From Takakia lepidozioides (Eukaryota; Plantae; Bryophyta): DNA of 64,000 nt. The notes below the pieces were generated by a model, which saw nothing but the letters and a program-made list of their open reading frames with translations, made no database searches and was not told where the DNA came from. The translations under genes and the position numbers were made by a program. Position 1 is the stretch's first letter, and every line of letters begins with the position of its first letter. The stretch covers positions 81,654,001-81,718,000 of the forward strand of contig CM060732.1 in the NCBI GenBank assembly GCA_030704615.1, given 5' to 3'. This document shows, one piece after another, positions 34,808-48,049 of this stretch.

Positions 34808-37579
34808 ATGACCACAGCTTGTGAAAGACGACCAAGAGTCCACAATGCCTCTTCTGGCACTTCTCAGCACGTGAGGATGCTATGTGAGGCAGGGCGCCTG
34901 AAAGAGGCTCTACAGACTTTCAACCAAGGAGGCATTTCAGCAGATTCAGATACTTATATCTGTCTCTTGCATAAGTGCATCAAGATGAAAGGCCTGGAAG
35001 CTGGAAAGCAGGTGCATGCTCACATCATCTGTAGTGGATTCAAGCCAAACGTTTTCCTACACAACACCCTTGTCAACATGTATGTTAAGTGAGGGAGCAT
35101 CATGGATGCTCACCAATTGTTCAACAGATTGCCTCAACGATGTTTGATCACGTGGAATATAATGATGGCAGGATTTACCAAGCATGGGTGTGATAGGAAG
35201 GCTTTGGAGACCTACGAGCAAATGTTGAGGGAAGGGGTGAAGCCCGACCACATCACGTTCGTTTGCGTTTGCAATGCGTGTGCGAGCCTGGCAGCGCTGG
35301 AAAAGGGCAAAGCGGTCCATGGCAACATCGTGAAAGCTGGAATTGTACCAGATGTCATTCTCAACAGTACCCTGGTGGACATGTATGCCAAATGTGGGTG
35401 CATGGAGGATGCAAAGGGAGTGTTCGACAAAATGGCTGAACGAAATGTGGTGTCCTGGAGCGCAATGATCGCAGGATATGTACGGCAGGGGTGCAGTATG
35501 GACGCTTTGGAGAGCTATGAGCAAATCTTGAGGGAAGGGGTGAAGCCCAACCACATCACGTTTGTTTGCGCTTGCAATGCATGTGCAAGCCTGGCAGCCC
35601 TGGAAAAGGGCAAAGAGGTCCATGGTGACATAGTTAAAGCCAGAATTGTACCAACTGTCATTCTGAACACTGCTCTGATGAATATATATGCCAGATGTGG
35701 GAGCATTGTGGATGCAAAGGAAGTGTTTGACAATATGGATGAACGAGATGTGGTGGCTTGGACTACGATGATTGCAGGATATGCACAGCAGGGGCACGGC
35801 ATGGAGGCTTTGAAGACCTACAAGCAAATGGTGCGGGAACGGGTGAAGCCCAACCACATCACATTTGCTTGTGTTTGCAATGTGTGTGCAAACCTGGCAG
35901 ACTTGGAAAAGGGCAAAGAGGTCCATGATGACATCGTCAAAGCAGGAACCGTACCAGATGTTGTTCTGAACACTGCTCTGATGAACATGTATGCCAAGTC
36001 TGGGAACATTAAGGATGCCAAGGGAGTGTTCGACAACATGGCTGAACGAAATGTGGTGTCGTGGAGTGCGATGATCGCAGGATATGCACAGCAGGGGCGT
36101 GGGATGGTGGCTTTGGAGACCTATGAGCAAATGGTGCGGGAAGGGGTGAAGCCCGACCACATCACATTTGTTTGCGTTTGCAATGCGTGTGCAAGCCTGG
36201 CAGCGCTGGAAAAGGGCAAAGAGGTCCATGGTGACATTGTCAAAGCTGGAACTGTACCAAATGTCATTCTGAACAATACCCTTGTGGACATGTATTCCAA
36301 ATGTGGGTGCATTGAGGATGCAAGGGGAGTATTCAACAATATGGCTGAACGAGATGTGGTGTCATGGAACGCAATGATTTCAGCTTATGCACAGCAGGGG
36401 TTCAGGATGGAGGCTTTTGAGACTTATAAGCAAATGTTGCGGGAAGGGGTGAAGCCCAATCACATCACGTTTGTTTGTGTTTGCAATGTGTGTGCGAACC
36501 TGGCAGCCCTGGAAAAGGGCAAAGGGGTCCATCGTGCCATCGTCAAAGCTGGAATCGTACCAGATGTCATTCTGAACAATACTCTCGTGGACTTGTATGC
36601 CAAATGTGAGTGCATTGACGATGCAAAGGGAGTATTCGACAATATGGCGGAACGAGATGCGGTTTCCTGGAACGCAATGATGGCAGGATATGCCCAGCAT
36701 GGTTGTCATAGGGAGGTCCTGCAACTATTTGATGGAATGCAAAAGGAAGGCTTGAAGCCGGACAGTATCACATTTATGTGTTCTCTCTGCATGCAGCCAT
36801 GTTGGCCTGCTGTATGAAGGAAGACACTTGTTTGATTCCCTGAGTCAAGATCATGGTGTCCCTCCCACAGTAAAGCACTTTGGCTGCATGGTGGACCTTC
36901 TTGGACGTGCGGGGCAATTGGATGAGGCAGAGGACCTCATTAATAAAATGCCAATCAAACCAGATGCTGTGGTGTGGAAGGCCTTGCTTGGTGCCTGCAG
37001 AATCCATGGCAATGTGGAGATGGCTGAACGTGCGGCAACATCTATTCTCAAGTGGGATGAACAGGATGCCGCAACTTACGTGTTGCTATCCAACATCTAT
37101 GCCACAGCTGGCAGGTGGGACGATAGCGCAAAGGTGAGAGAAGTAATCAAGGTCAGAGGGGTTAGAAAGGAGCCAGGTCGCCGCTGCATTGAGGTTGGCA
37201 ACAGGTGCACACCTTTGTTGTAGATGACAAACTGCATCCCAAAATTAAGGAGATCCATGCTGAGCTGAGAAGATTGTATGGGCAGATGAAGGAGGCGGGG
37301 TATGTGCCTGACGCACGCTTTGTATTGCATGATGTGGGGGAGGAGCAAAAGGAATTTTCTCTTTGCCACCACAGTGAGAAGCTGGCCATTGGTTTTGGGC
37401 TGATCAGCACAGCCCCTAGGACTCCTCTCCATCTCATCAAGAATCTTCGGGTGTGTGGTGACTGCCACACCTCCACCAAGTTCATCTCAAAGATTGTTGG
37501 CCGAGCAATTGTTGTACGGGATGCTAACCGCTTTCACCACTTTGAAGATGGCGTTTGTTCTTGTGAGGATTACTGGTGA
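34808..37579 (+). pseudogene. PLS-class PPR-DYW paralog 3, pseudogene
   Basis: Premature TGA at 35090-35092 and frameshifts near 36780 and 37200. Otherwise complete to HSEKLA..CGDCH..DYW. Confidence 0.93.
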
Positions 37580-39599
37580 AACGATATTTGTCTGGGATGG
37601 TGCGATTGTCTGGCTTCATTCATTGATCGGTGTAGCTACTCAGTTCATCCACCATCTCCTGAGAATATTGACCATGATGTACTATTGAGGGCATTTCCTG
37701 TGGCATATCCACAGGAAATGATAGTGAGGTCTACCCTGCATAGGTGGTAAGTCAACTCATTCCACACCTGGAGATGAAATTCATAAGGTGGCTTGACAAC
37801 GAGCCAATGGGCTGGCTATCCAAAGCCCCTGGCCCTAGAAGATGTTCGAAGACCTGCATGATAGTCATGTGGAATGTAGACCTTAATCGCAAAAATTCTT
37901 CTGTGGGCAGGAATGACCGTCATAGATAAGATGGTCACTAGATAATACAGTTGTTTGTGATGCCATAGGCCACCTTTGTATCTATTAGCCTGTGGAAGTC
38001 CTGTATGCTGAAAGTCTTAGGGGAGAAGTGAGTGGGAAACCAGACAGTACATTTTTTAGGGCTTTTTGTATAGTTGTGTGACGAAGTGACTGTATGCAGA
38101 GAGGACATCGGAAGGAGGACCGACTTGTCATCTGCTATAGAAGGGAGTTACATACATATAGGAAAAGCTTGTGCAGAAGATCTAAGTGTGCACATCCCCC
38201 TTGTGGATCACTTTGACGTGTCCCAATTTCTGACTGGATGATTGTTTCTTGTCCACTCAGAAAACGATGGCTTTGGGAATTGTTTTGGAATTCAGGCAGT
38301 TGTTAAGTGAATGCGGAGGAAGGGGTTGAGGACGAGGTCTTCGGTGAGGTTTTTATGTATAGAGGAAGGCCCTGAGTGGAGGGCGCTTCTTGAATTTTAT
38401 GCCCAGGGATGAGGGCGGTAGGCCCCAAGGCCCTAGGGCATAAAATTCAAGGGGCGTGCCCGACACGAGGGTCTTCGGCTGCGTAAAGAGGATGATTTCT
38501 TTTTCCTTTCATTGTTTCTTTTGACGATCAAAAGAAATGGAACTAGTGACGGAAAATATTTTGGAGGTAAAAGATAAAGAAATGACGGCTGTGTGCAGTG
38601 TGCACTACAGAGGGGGTTGGTATCCTGTGAGCACAACCCATAGTCATGGGAGTTTTATGTTTTTTTAACCTCGGTCATAGGAGTTGTATATTTTCAAAAC
38701 GGCATAAAACCATAAGCGGGTATAGAAGACTGGTGCATTTATACGGTACATCTCCGTCTATTCAGCGAGGTGAAACCTTCAGTAATGAAGCCAGAAACCC
38801 TAGACCTATAGTGGCGATGGCGGCGAGTTTCGCATTGAGAAATATTTGGTGATATGGGCGCAAACCTAAGCAGTGGTGGGTTTCGCATTGAGAAACCCTT
38901 AGTGGTATAGCTTGAGTCGAAACTTTCTCTACGAAATTCCCATCACCCAACAATCCCACATCCAAAAGGAATGGTGGGGACCTTAAAAGGATAGGTCATC
39001 CTTTTAGGTACAATATGATTTTCTTTTCAGGCTGGTTGGTACATAGTTTCGCCGTGCGGAATTATCCATGGGCGAGGACCTTAAATTTGAGGTGAAGCCT
39101 CGCCGCCCATTCTCGCGCCTGTTATGGAGAAAAAGCCATGCCTATAAGGTAACATGTTCACCAGGTATATGTATAGGGGATACTTGTTTTTTATGTGTTA
39201 GTTTCGCATAATTGTTAGTTTCGCCAATTTCGTTTTGCTGTGAAATATTCCATGAGTATCGTGGAAATTCAAGGAGTATGCCTTGTGCTCACGTGAGCAT
39301 GCTCATGCGTTACCCAACCTCCACTACTGAGGGTGTAATCGGCACCGAGAAATCAGCCCCAGTTCTTTATGATAAGTGTTTGCGCAATTGTCAAGGGAAG
39401 TCAAGCTTAATTGTCTTTTGTACACTTTTTACACAGGGGACGGAACCCAAAAATTGCATTCATAGGTCGAGGAAAATTAACATCAGAAGCTATAATAAAG
39501 GCCAGTTACAAGCGAGGGACAGCGACCACATGGCCCAACAACCAGGGAACAAAGTAACAACAAAGAAGAAAATCGAGGACTCCAATTTTTAAATAAAGA

Positions 39600-42180
39600 A
39601 CTGCGTATCCCATGGAATACATGCAAGGCTCCCTGCCCTATTGTAATTATGAATAGGTTGTAAGATAATCTGGAAGATCACCAAGTGCTTAGTTTAGTGC
39701 CTACACGTTTCCATGACCTGGATTTGCCAGTTTTTTGCAACTGGTATCAGTTGTGCATTTGTCTAGTCTAATGACCCAATGAACATCCTGTTTATATCTT
39801 TCATGTAGCCCGTTCCAAACTCCTACATACTTATGAATCTGCTTTTCGGGGACAGACTGCAGGCTGCCCTTGCAGATATGTATGCCAATGTGGGTGCATG
39901 AAGGATGCACGTCCAGCTACAGATGCCAACAATGTCACCCCGGTGATGCGACAACGGGCAACACTCTTGCCTCCAGATGTACAGCTGAATCCACCCGCAC
40001 CACTAGAGAAGCAGTGAAGGAGAGGAGAGCCTGCTGAAGAAGGGCGGGAGGGCCTGCAGCCTTAGCAGTTTGTTTCAAATGTGCTTCAAATGTTCAATCA
40101 TCTGCCGTGGAGAAAAAGGTACTTGTAACCCGAAAGCCATAGGCAGAAATGGTGGTTAGCAAATGTTGGTAGCTGTGAGTCATACAAAACTAAATCCACA
40201 GCCGCACCTTTTGATATTTACTGGTCGGTATACCATGTATACCATGTATACCATTTTCCCAGAGCTGAAACTATAAGCATGCACACCTGAAGTAATGGAT
40301 TCACGCACCCTTCTCTCAATCTCGATACTGGACCATGTAGAAAGGACAGATTCAGCGCCCGATATGTGAAGAGCTGGACATGCTACAGAGTCACGAATTT
40401 GTGATAAGAATTTCTTCCAACCAAAGTCAACGCTAACCCTTGGCACACCATCCCTTCGTCCTATATTCAGAAAGCAGAAAGCAAGAAATAGAGTCACTTA
40501 GGTGCATGTTTTGAGGCTTTCAACAGCTACCGGCTCTCTTCGATGGCAAGGGTCACAGATCCTCACGCACGAATTTCTCATTATGAATCTTCAGCCCACA
40601 TCCTCTAAAATTCTAAGTCTGCTTGCATAACAAAATCATCTCTTACTTTCGAGCTTCCATCCTAGAGCTTCATTCACAACTACCAATAACAGAGAGCATT
40701 TTCCATGACGCCTCTTTATCCGCAACCTACTCTAACTGAACAAATACCAGACATCAGGGACCAGCCCACAGCCCCATCACTCATCACTGCCATATGTGCT
40801 ACTTCAGCATGGACAGTACCAATTTCAACAACTTTGTTCAAGTCAGTGCTTTCCAGACAAGAATTGTCCCCCACCCCCCACCTCATAGGCTTACTCGTTC
40901 TTCACCGGGGGCATAGGGCTGTAATCTTTCCTCCCAAGGATTTATTATTGTCAATTTTGGGCTCAATTCAGGCAGCGATTGAGGAGCGAGAAAACCTCAG
41001 AAGGAGACACACGCAGTGATAAAATCTCGGCATTTTTCTCTAAAGGTAAAGTCCTTGCCCTCTAGAACTCTGCCACAAGGGCGGATCTCAAATCCTGGAA
41101 CCTCTTATTACGTCCTTAAAGGACTGTGACCATGGTTGTGATCAGCAGGTTAAAGATTTTGCCTGCCGGGTATGCCGATTTGGAGGAGGAATAAAAAGCA
41201 GAAATCTAGGCTATTGCCGCTAGCACATTGTGCCCGACACGAGACGTCAGGGATCCTACGTTCCATGTAGTGATATTAAGAGTATGAGTGTGTGAGTCAG
41301 GGGAGTTGGGAGTGTGGCTGGCAGGGCGGTCAGTGTGTGAGACTGAGGGTGGGTTGGGGGTGGTGAAGGTTGGGGATGGTGTAGGCACACGTGGCAGCCG
41401 GGGAGTGGGTAGAGGAATAACAGCACTAAAGGTGGCAGAGATGATGCCTTCAGAAAGAAAGGGGAATTTGTTAGTGATGGTTTGGTGTTCCTAGTTTGTG
41501 GTGGTTACAGTAGCGAGATGATCCGCAAGTATTATGTGTATCACGCCAGTGTACAATTGTAACAAATTGAGCGACATGTGTACTTTGGATAAGCAATGCG
41601 GGGGGGGGGGGCCAAGTAGTTGTTGAGGTGTGGGGGTAGAGCTTGGAGATCACGTAGAAGGGGGATGATTTGGGAGTCTGATTGTGAGGCAAAGTATTCG
41701 TTACATTCTCTGGGTAGAGGGGAATGACGACGATAAAGAAGGGAAAGCATTGAGTTTTAGAGAGGCCTTGGTGAGTGCCGGATATTGGCAGGTGGGGAGG
41801 CCGAAGGTGGAAATTGAGTGCATGGTAGTACGTTGGGGCATAGGGTTGTTGGTGGGCGGTGTGGGGAGGAAGGGAGCAAAGTGGTCGGATAGGTGTCGGT
41901 AGGTATGCACAAGGAATATGTTGTTTTGTTGGAAGTAGAGTGCATATTGTTCTTGTGGGTCAGCGGGTAATTGACTGATGATGTCGTTTATAGAGGAGCC
42001 AGGGTTGTGGTGGATGTCCCCGCATCTAAGCAGTGTGAGTGTGACGCATATGTTACAATACATGGCGTCATATGAGGGGGGGTGGTGGAGGTAGTGTTTG
42101 GATTTAAGGGGGTAGCAATCTGAGATCTACAACTAATACATTCCCTTTTATCAGTCCTGTGAGTCAACATCTTGTGTAAG
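39600..42180 (-). mobile_element. Highly degenerate LINE (APE-RT) relic
   Basis: LNITTWNVGSL (APE N-terminal motif) at about 41250-41282; FSTADD (YADD-like) at about 40095-40115; HKYVGV at about 39820; LLRCGDIHHNPGS at about 42000. Boundaries are approximate. Confidence 0.55.
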
Positions 42181-42842
42181 TGATTGCTTTGCTCAAATAG
42201 TCTCGCATACTGCATAAGGCTTGCTATTCGAAACCTCATCTTGAACTACAAAGATCAGGAATGTTTCAAGAGAACGGCTAGTGTGCAACTAGAAGCGAGG
42301 AACCCTTGCTGGCGGCTGAGCATGAGATTTCCTCCTCACCCAATTGTCCAATCGGGCGGCCTGCAAATTGACCATGTTCAGGAATCCCAGTTACATAGTC
42401 GATCAATCTGCTTGAAGCCAAAAGCAAGGTTGAATTTACATAAGAGAAAAAAGCACCTGATTGACTTGCAACACCTCAAGACTATTTCAATGGCTTACTC
42501 TTGCAAATTCTGGTCTTTCCGGAATGTACGATGTCCAGACTGTTAGATTACTGCAAGACCTACACAATAGAAAATCCAAGCTCCAAACTCTCCGCATTGC
42601 ATTCTACACTTTCTTTTTCTCTTTCTTTGCCAAAACATGAGATGGCAGATCAAAAGCAGCAGCATTGTATATGTAGATTCCAAATCGTTATAGAATTATA
42701 GTAGTATAGCTAATGATAAGTAACTTGTAACAGTTACATCACATTATGACACATGAAACGATATGCAGGCCACAGGACTACGAAGATCACGCATTGGGTA
42801 GAATATATCAAAGATGGTGCAGGTGCTGCATCTGATCAGGTT

Positions 42843-44112
42843 CTAAATCTCTTGTAGTTGGTGATGGACATTGGTGAAGGCCCTGAGCTCTGGGAAAACT
42901 GAGTCAGGATGCCGGTAGCGCTTGTGCAGACTGTGCAAGTGAAGATTGCCAGACATGAACTCCTTCACACCCTCCACATAGCGGCGCACGACATGGGCCC
43001 AAGGCTCTGCCTCGCCCACGGCCAACTGCGTCTCCAGCTCCAGGACGACGCGAGTGTATGAATTCACCACGTCCACTGCTCTCCACGCAGCTTGGGGTAG
43101 CAGCGTGCCTTCAGATTCCATCAACACCTCGATTAGATTGCGCGGATTGTCTTCCTGCGCCACCTCCTTGGGGTAGGAGAAAATATCGTTGACGAAAGCG
43201 ATCTGAGTGCAGGCCGCGTTGGTCAGCTGTTGGATGACGGGTTGCGCGCGCACCTCATCTGGAAGAAAGGCGTTGTTGGCAAACTCCACGAGACTCGCAC
43301 CAAACAAGGATGCGGAGTTCCAGGTGCGCATTTGGGTGTAAGACTCCAAGTCCTGATAATATAAGCAGTCGCCTGCGAAGTCTGCATGGCCGGCAACCGT
43401 CGCTCTGTGGTACTCGATGAAAGCGTCTATCATTGTATTGAACCATTCCGGGTTGGACAAGCGTCTCATGTCCTGACCCAATTCCCACATCATCCTCTCG
43501 ATTGGGCTGGGATCGCACGGAGGCTCTTGTTGCCTGAAGAGGAGGTTCAAGTTGTTGTAGAACTCTCCGATTGTGTGATGGCTCTCACGGATGCTGGGAT
43601 CTATTCCGTACTCCTCAAGGAGCAAGTCGTTTGGCAAATCAAACAAAAGATCATCCAGGATCCACAGGAGGGTGTATGCAACAGAGAGGGCTACTAAACG
43701 ATCATAACTGACGACTCCGCTGTACACAAAGCTGACCATCGAGACGACAATAGGATTCAAACGAGTTGATCTGCCAGTGCTCCGCAATTTTCATGAGGCG
43801 TTCCTCGGCTTCAACTGCAAATATGCTCTGCTGTCGAGGTGGGAGGCCTCTGATATTCATGGAAGAGACGAGAGGTGGAACCTCGATCTCATCGTTAATC
43901 GTGGGGATCTTAACGGGACGTAAATGCTCAATATGTTGCTCTACCCTGCTAGCTGTGCATCGCAGAAGAAGGGAACTAGACCAGCATTTGACAGGAGAAG
44001 AGAAGCAAGGGCGCTTGTGAAAGGCAAAAGTAGGGAGGGAGCGAGGGAAGAAGGCAGGAATACGACTAATTCGGCAATGAAGTGACAGACCATTCTGGAG
44101 CTGGGGAACCAT
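42843..44112 (-). pseudogene. Microbial terpene synthase-like (MTPSL), intronless, with a transit-peptide-like N-terminus and a frameshift near 43740
   Basis: WILDDLLFD (Asp-rich motif), Y..MR, VNDIFSYPKE (NSE motif) and C-terminal RY. A Ser/Arg-rich N-terminus lies in the upstream frame 43702-44112. Confidence 0.88.
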
Positions 44113-44693
44113 TCTGCAGTCCTCCGCTGGTACTAGAGCCTACTCGAATGCCCAGATCATCGGTTGAGTACATGCTCAAGTGCAATCTGTGGAGCTCCCG
44201 ATCGGCACCGAGTGGAGCTGGAATGCTATCTTGTATGTATTTATCCTCGAGTGGCGGCGCGAGTGTAGGTAATCCCCTCCACTCGAGCGTGAAGCACGCG
44301 AAGGGAGCTACGTCAGCCTGCCGTAATAGATTATCTTATCATAGATTATAATGCACTGGCGTAGATTATAACTTAGGATTGGTTTAAGCTCACCGGTTTC
44401 CTTTGAGGGGAAAAAGCTGAAAGTTCGTTACGGGAGCTTATTACTTTCCCTGCAAGTGAATGGAGTTTGGCATGCGTATGCGTAGCTCTCATTACTATCC
44501 TACTCCTCATGGAAGAGAAACTTGAGGCTTGCAAGAAGACAGCCCATGTGTTCGAGGGTGGATACGGGTTATCTAGATTGGTGTATCCATCTACCTACTC
44601 TCGTGAGTAATTGAATCGAGTACAGCTGACCCTCGAATTGTTTTTCGCCTGAGGAATTTTTAGCTAACAATTAGCGGATGTGCATGTACGTAC

Positions 44694-45047
44694 CAATGTT
44701 GGGCGGTTGTTTAAATTTCTCTCTAATACCCGGTGGTTACATATCTGATATATATATATATATATGAATGACCGACGGAGGTGAAAAAATGAAATAAACG
44801 GTCCACTTAGGAACCGGCGGAGGTCAGGCATTCAAAATAACCAAGCAAAGAACCTTTTAAAGAACCTCCAAATACCCACGGTTATTTGATGGAAACCACC
44901 GGTTATTTGAGATTTTTGCAAGTAACCGCAACCGCACGTTAAATCTAGCCATAAAATTTAATAACTGCAACAGCAGGTTAGTTTCCTAAAATTTGAACCA
45001 ACCGGAACTGCCAGTTATGAAAAAAATCAGATAACCGCCCAACAATG
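44694..45047. mobile_element. hAT-type MITE 1
   Basis: TIRs caatgttgggcggtt / aaccgcccaacaatg; 8-bp flanks gtacgtac / gtacatac; internal AACCG repeats. Confidence 0.85.
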
Positions 45048-45055
45048 GTACATAC

Positions 45056-45458
45056 CAATGTTGAGCGGGTATTGAATTTTTATCTACCCTCGGGATAAGG
45101 GTAACCTGTATTTTGAGAAAAGATTTACCCGCCAGGTCAGGGTATTATTATTTTTCAAATGGAAAGTAAGGGTTGGTTCCGGGTAATGCACATTTGTAGA
45201 ACACCCCGGTTCAGGGTATAACCGGGTAACCTCAGGGTAAAATATAACCTGAGGGTAACGTTATTTAACGGGGGTATTACCCAAGGGTCGGGTAAACTTC
45301 TGATGATTTACCCTTCATCCGGGTCCTCGTCCGTGGGAAACATAAATGATACCCTTCATAAGGGTCCGGGTCCGGGTAAGCAAAACCTGCCGGTCCTGGT
45401 ATATATGGGTAACCTTACCCGGATATACCCGGGTAAATCGAATACCCGCTCAACACTG
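45056..45458. mobile_element. hAT-type MITE 2
   Basis: TIRs caatgttgagcgggtatt / aatacccgctcaacactg; perfect gtacatac TSD; internal GGGTA/TACCC repeats. Confidence 0.9.
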
Positions 45459-45466
45459 GTACATAC

Positions 45467-45945
45467 CAGTGTTGGTCTTGTATATAGGTGAAGGACTGGT
45501 ATAAAGTGTTGGTATATATGCACTGGTATCATTTGGGAGAATACTTGGTCATATACCATACCAGGCTGGTCTCAGTTTTTTCATACCAGCCACAAAACCA
45601 ATACTCCCCTGCCATCTTCCTCATTTACTCTTGTATGTGTATTATACTAATTTATATGTATATATGCCTACATACTTGTACTTTTATTTATTTATTTCTT
45701 TATTTATATTGTATTTTTTTTCACTTGCTATGTGATAAACTTGTAATTCAAGATGGCTTTGGAATGATACCAGAATTGATATCTCATACCAGCTCGCGCT
45801 GTGGTCATGATACTCATACTCATACTAGTATTTAGAAAAATATACATCCACCATAATATAGACCAGACTGGTATAAATTGTTTGTGATACGTCTGGTACC
45901 AGGACCAGTCTGGTATGTCCTGAACCTGATACCTGAACAACACTG
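45467..45945. mobile_element. hAT-type MITE 3
   Basis: TIRs cagtgttg / caacactg; flanks gtacatac / atacatac; internal TACCAG/CTGGTA repeats. Confidence 0.8.
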
Positions 45946-48049
45946 ATACATACGTATCTCTCCCTAGGACAGGCACTTGAGAGAGAAAAAAATTGATCCC
46001 TGGCTGCTCCCTTCAACCCACCTCAATGAACACCCCTTCATTACTGTCGCTTTTAAGCTTTGTCAGACTAGCTCTAAAGAGTGAGCTTGATGAGTGGACA
46101 GGTGGGCTCCGGCTGGAGGGACACCAAGAAAAAGGGAGGAAGCAATGTTTAATCTAAGGTAGTGGCATCTAGAAGTGTGCGCGACCTTATTATGTCCCCT
46201 ATTTTTGATGAATGAAGTCACCCTTTTCATCTTAGTACTCTGCACTTTTGTAAAGGAGGCGATTCAAGGTTAATTGTTGCTTTGGATTAGGTACGATGTG
46301 AGGTGTTTTGGAGTACAAGGGACTTATTTAGTGAAGCTTATTACATAGCAGCCTATAGATTCTTATTTCAAATTCCTAATTTGTTTTTGAAAGTGGAGGC
46401 GAGTGTTTTGGGACAATGGCCAATTAATACAGCAACTAAGCATCAATGCAAATGGGATGCATGGTGCACCTTGTATAGTGTTACAATGCACACATTTTTA
46501 TCATGCTTCCATTGCCAAGGATGGCGGAAGAATGGGAAACGAGGGAGTTGTGGAGTCTTCTAGCTGTGTCCACGGGGTCCGCTAGTTTAGGGTTCTCAGA
46601 TGGCCATGTAGGTCAACTCAGGGCATACGTAAGGGTCCTACTTGGAGTTGTATATGGTCAGATTTTGCACAGGTCGTCGTCCCTCCAAAGGAAAGTTATG
46701 GGTCCTTCCATAAGTAGATGTGCCCAATTCCGCGTTTGGAGAACGTTACTTTTGGGCCCGCACATGGCCTGTTTTGTTAATTTTTGGGTAGGTGCACATC
46801 TTGTGCACTTACGGCAACTTAAAGCACATATCAAGGAGGATTATATGGCATTATAGGATGGACCTACAGAGCTGTAGTGGGATAATATGTACTTTGATTT
46901 TGATAGTTCATATATAATACATCTGTGATTGGAAAATTATGTGCTTTGCACAAATGATTGTTGCTTCATTTGCTATTCTGCTCATATAATTTTTGTGACA
47001 CTACACCCTATGAGGAGTTGCACATTGCTTAAAAGCACACTTCAAGATACCACTACCTTACGAAAGGTAAAAAAATAGTCGCACCATTGGAACTTCCAAT
47101 GGTGGGCTCAGATTACTTGGAGTTTCTTGGGGGGTGCAACTACTAGCCACGTGTCAAATAATGGGGTGGGTTTATGTAGGGTAGGACACGTGGGGAGTCT
47201 TCTGGAAGGCTCCACAACCGCCTCAAGGGGTGAGGCCCGCAGCCTCCCAAGGCTATATAATATAAGGAGGTGCTGACCTCACTACTTAGAGAATCCCCAC
47301 TCTACGCCTCTATGGACCCCCGCACCCCCCTGCTTCTCGTATACAAGCTCAAATTTCCCCGCAAATGCACCACACCTTTGCCCCGCAACCGTATATGCCG
47401 TAAAGGGTGGACCATGATGAACCCCTTCTCTTTCACTATATCCGTGCACGATATACAGTGACCTTGACCTGAACTCGTCGCGTTACTTGCTTCCAATGAT
47501 GAAGGCACCCGGTCGGTGGGGAAACGTGATCGAGGAGCATTCAAGGAGGAACATAGGATACATGGGCGTAACGAGGGGCAAGGGTGTGGCTACGAGCAGA
47601 CGACCCCTTCATACAGCTTTCGAGAGTCCTGAACCACCTCCTTCAAAATAGCCATAGAGGGACCATTTCAGTGAGAAGGTGGGGATGCTCTTATACCCTA
47701 TAGTAAGTACTTTGGTGACTATTTAGTGCCCCCCCCCCCCCCCCCCGGACCACGTCGTAATGACACCTCCGCCACTCCCAAGGCCCTAGCTCCCTTGTCC
47801 CCACCTCGGCCTTCATGAGCCAAAATGGCAAATCTCCATGATGCCAAAATGGCAAAACCTCAAAAGCCAGCATGGCATGGGCTCTTGGCAGGCCCGCCAA
47901 CACTTGCTAGCCCCCCTCCAGGCTCGGGTGGGCCCGTAAAATGTAAAGTGTAAAGTTATCCAATTTGAAAATGGTCTTAAACTATTAAGTAATATAATGG
48001 ATTATATAAAATCTTAATAAGAATTGAGAAAGAACAACATTTTCTAAGA

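Noticed and set aside
38640-39260. Possible MITE with TTTCGC repeats
   Set aside because: The terminal inverted match is too weak and no TSD could be identified.
46000-47700. Short ORFs in the intergenic region
   Set aside because: No recognisable motifs or consistent exon structure.
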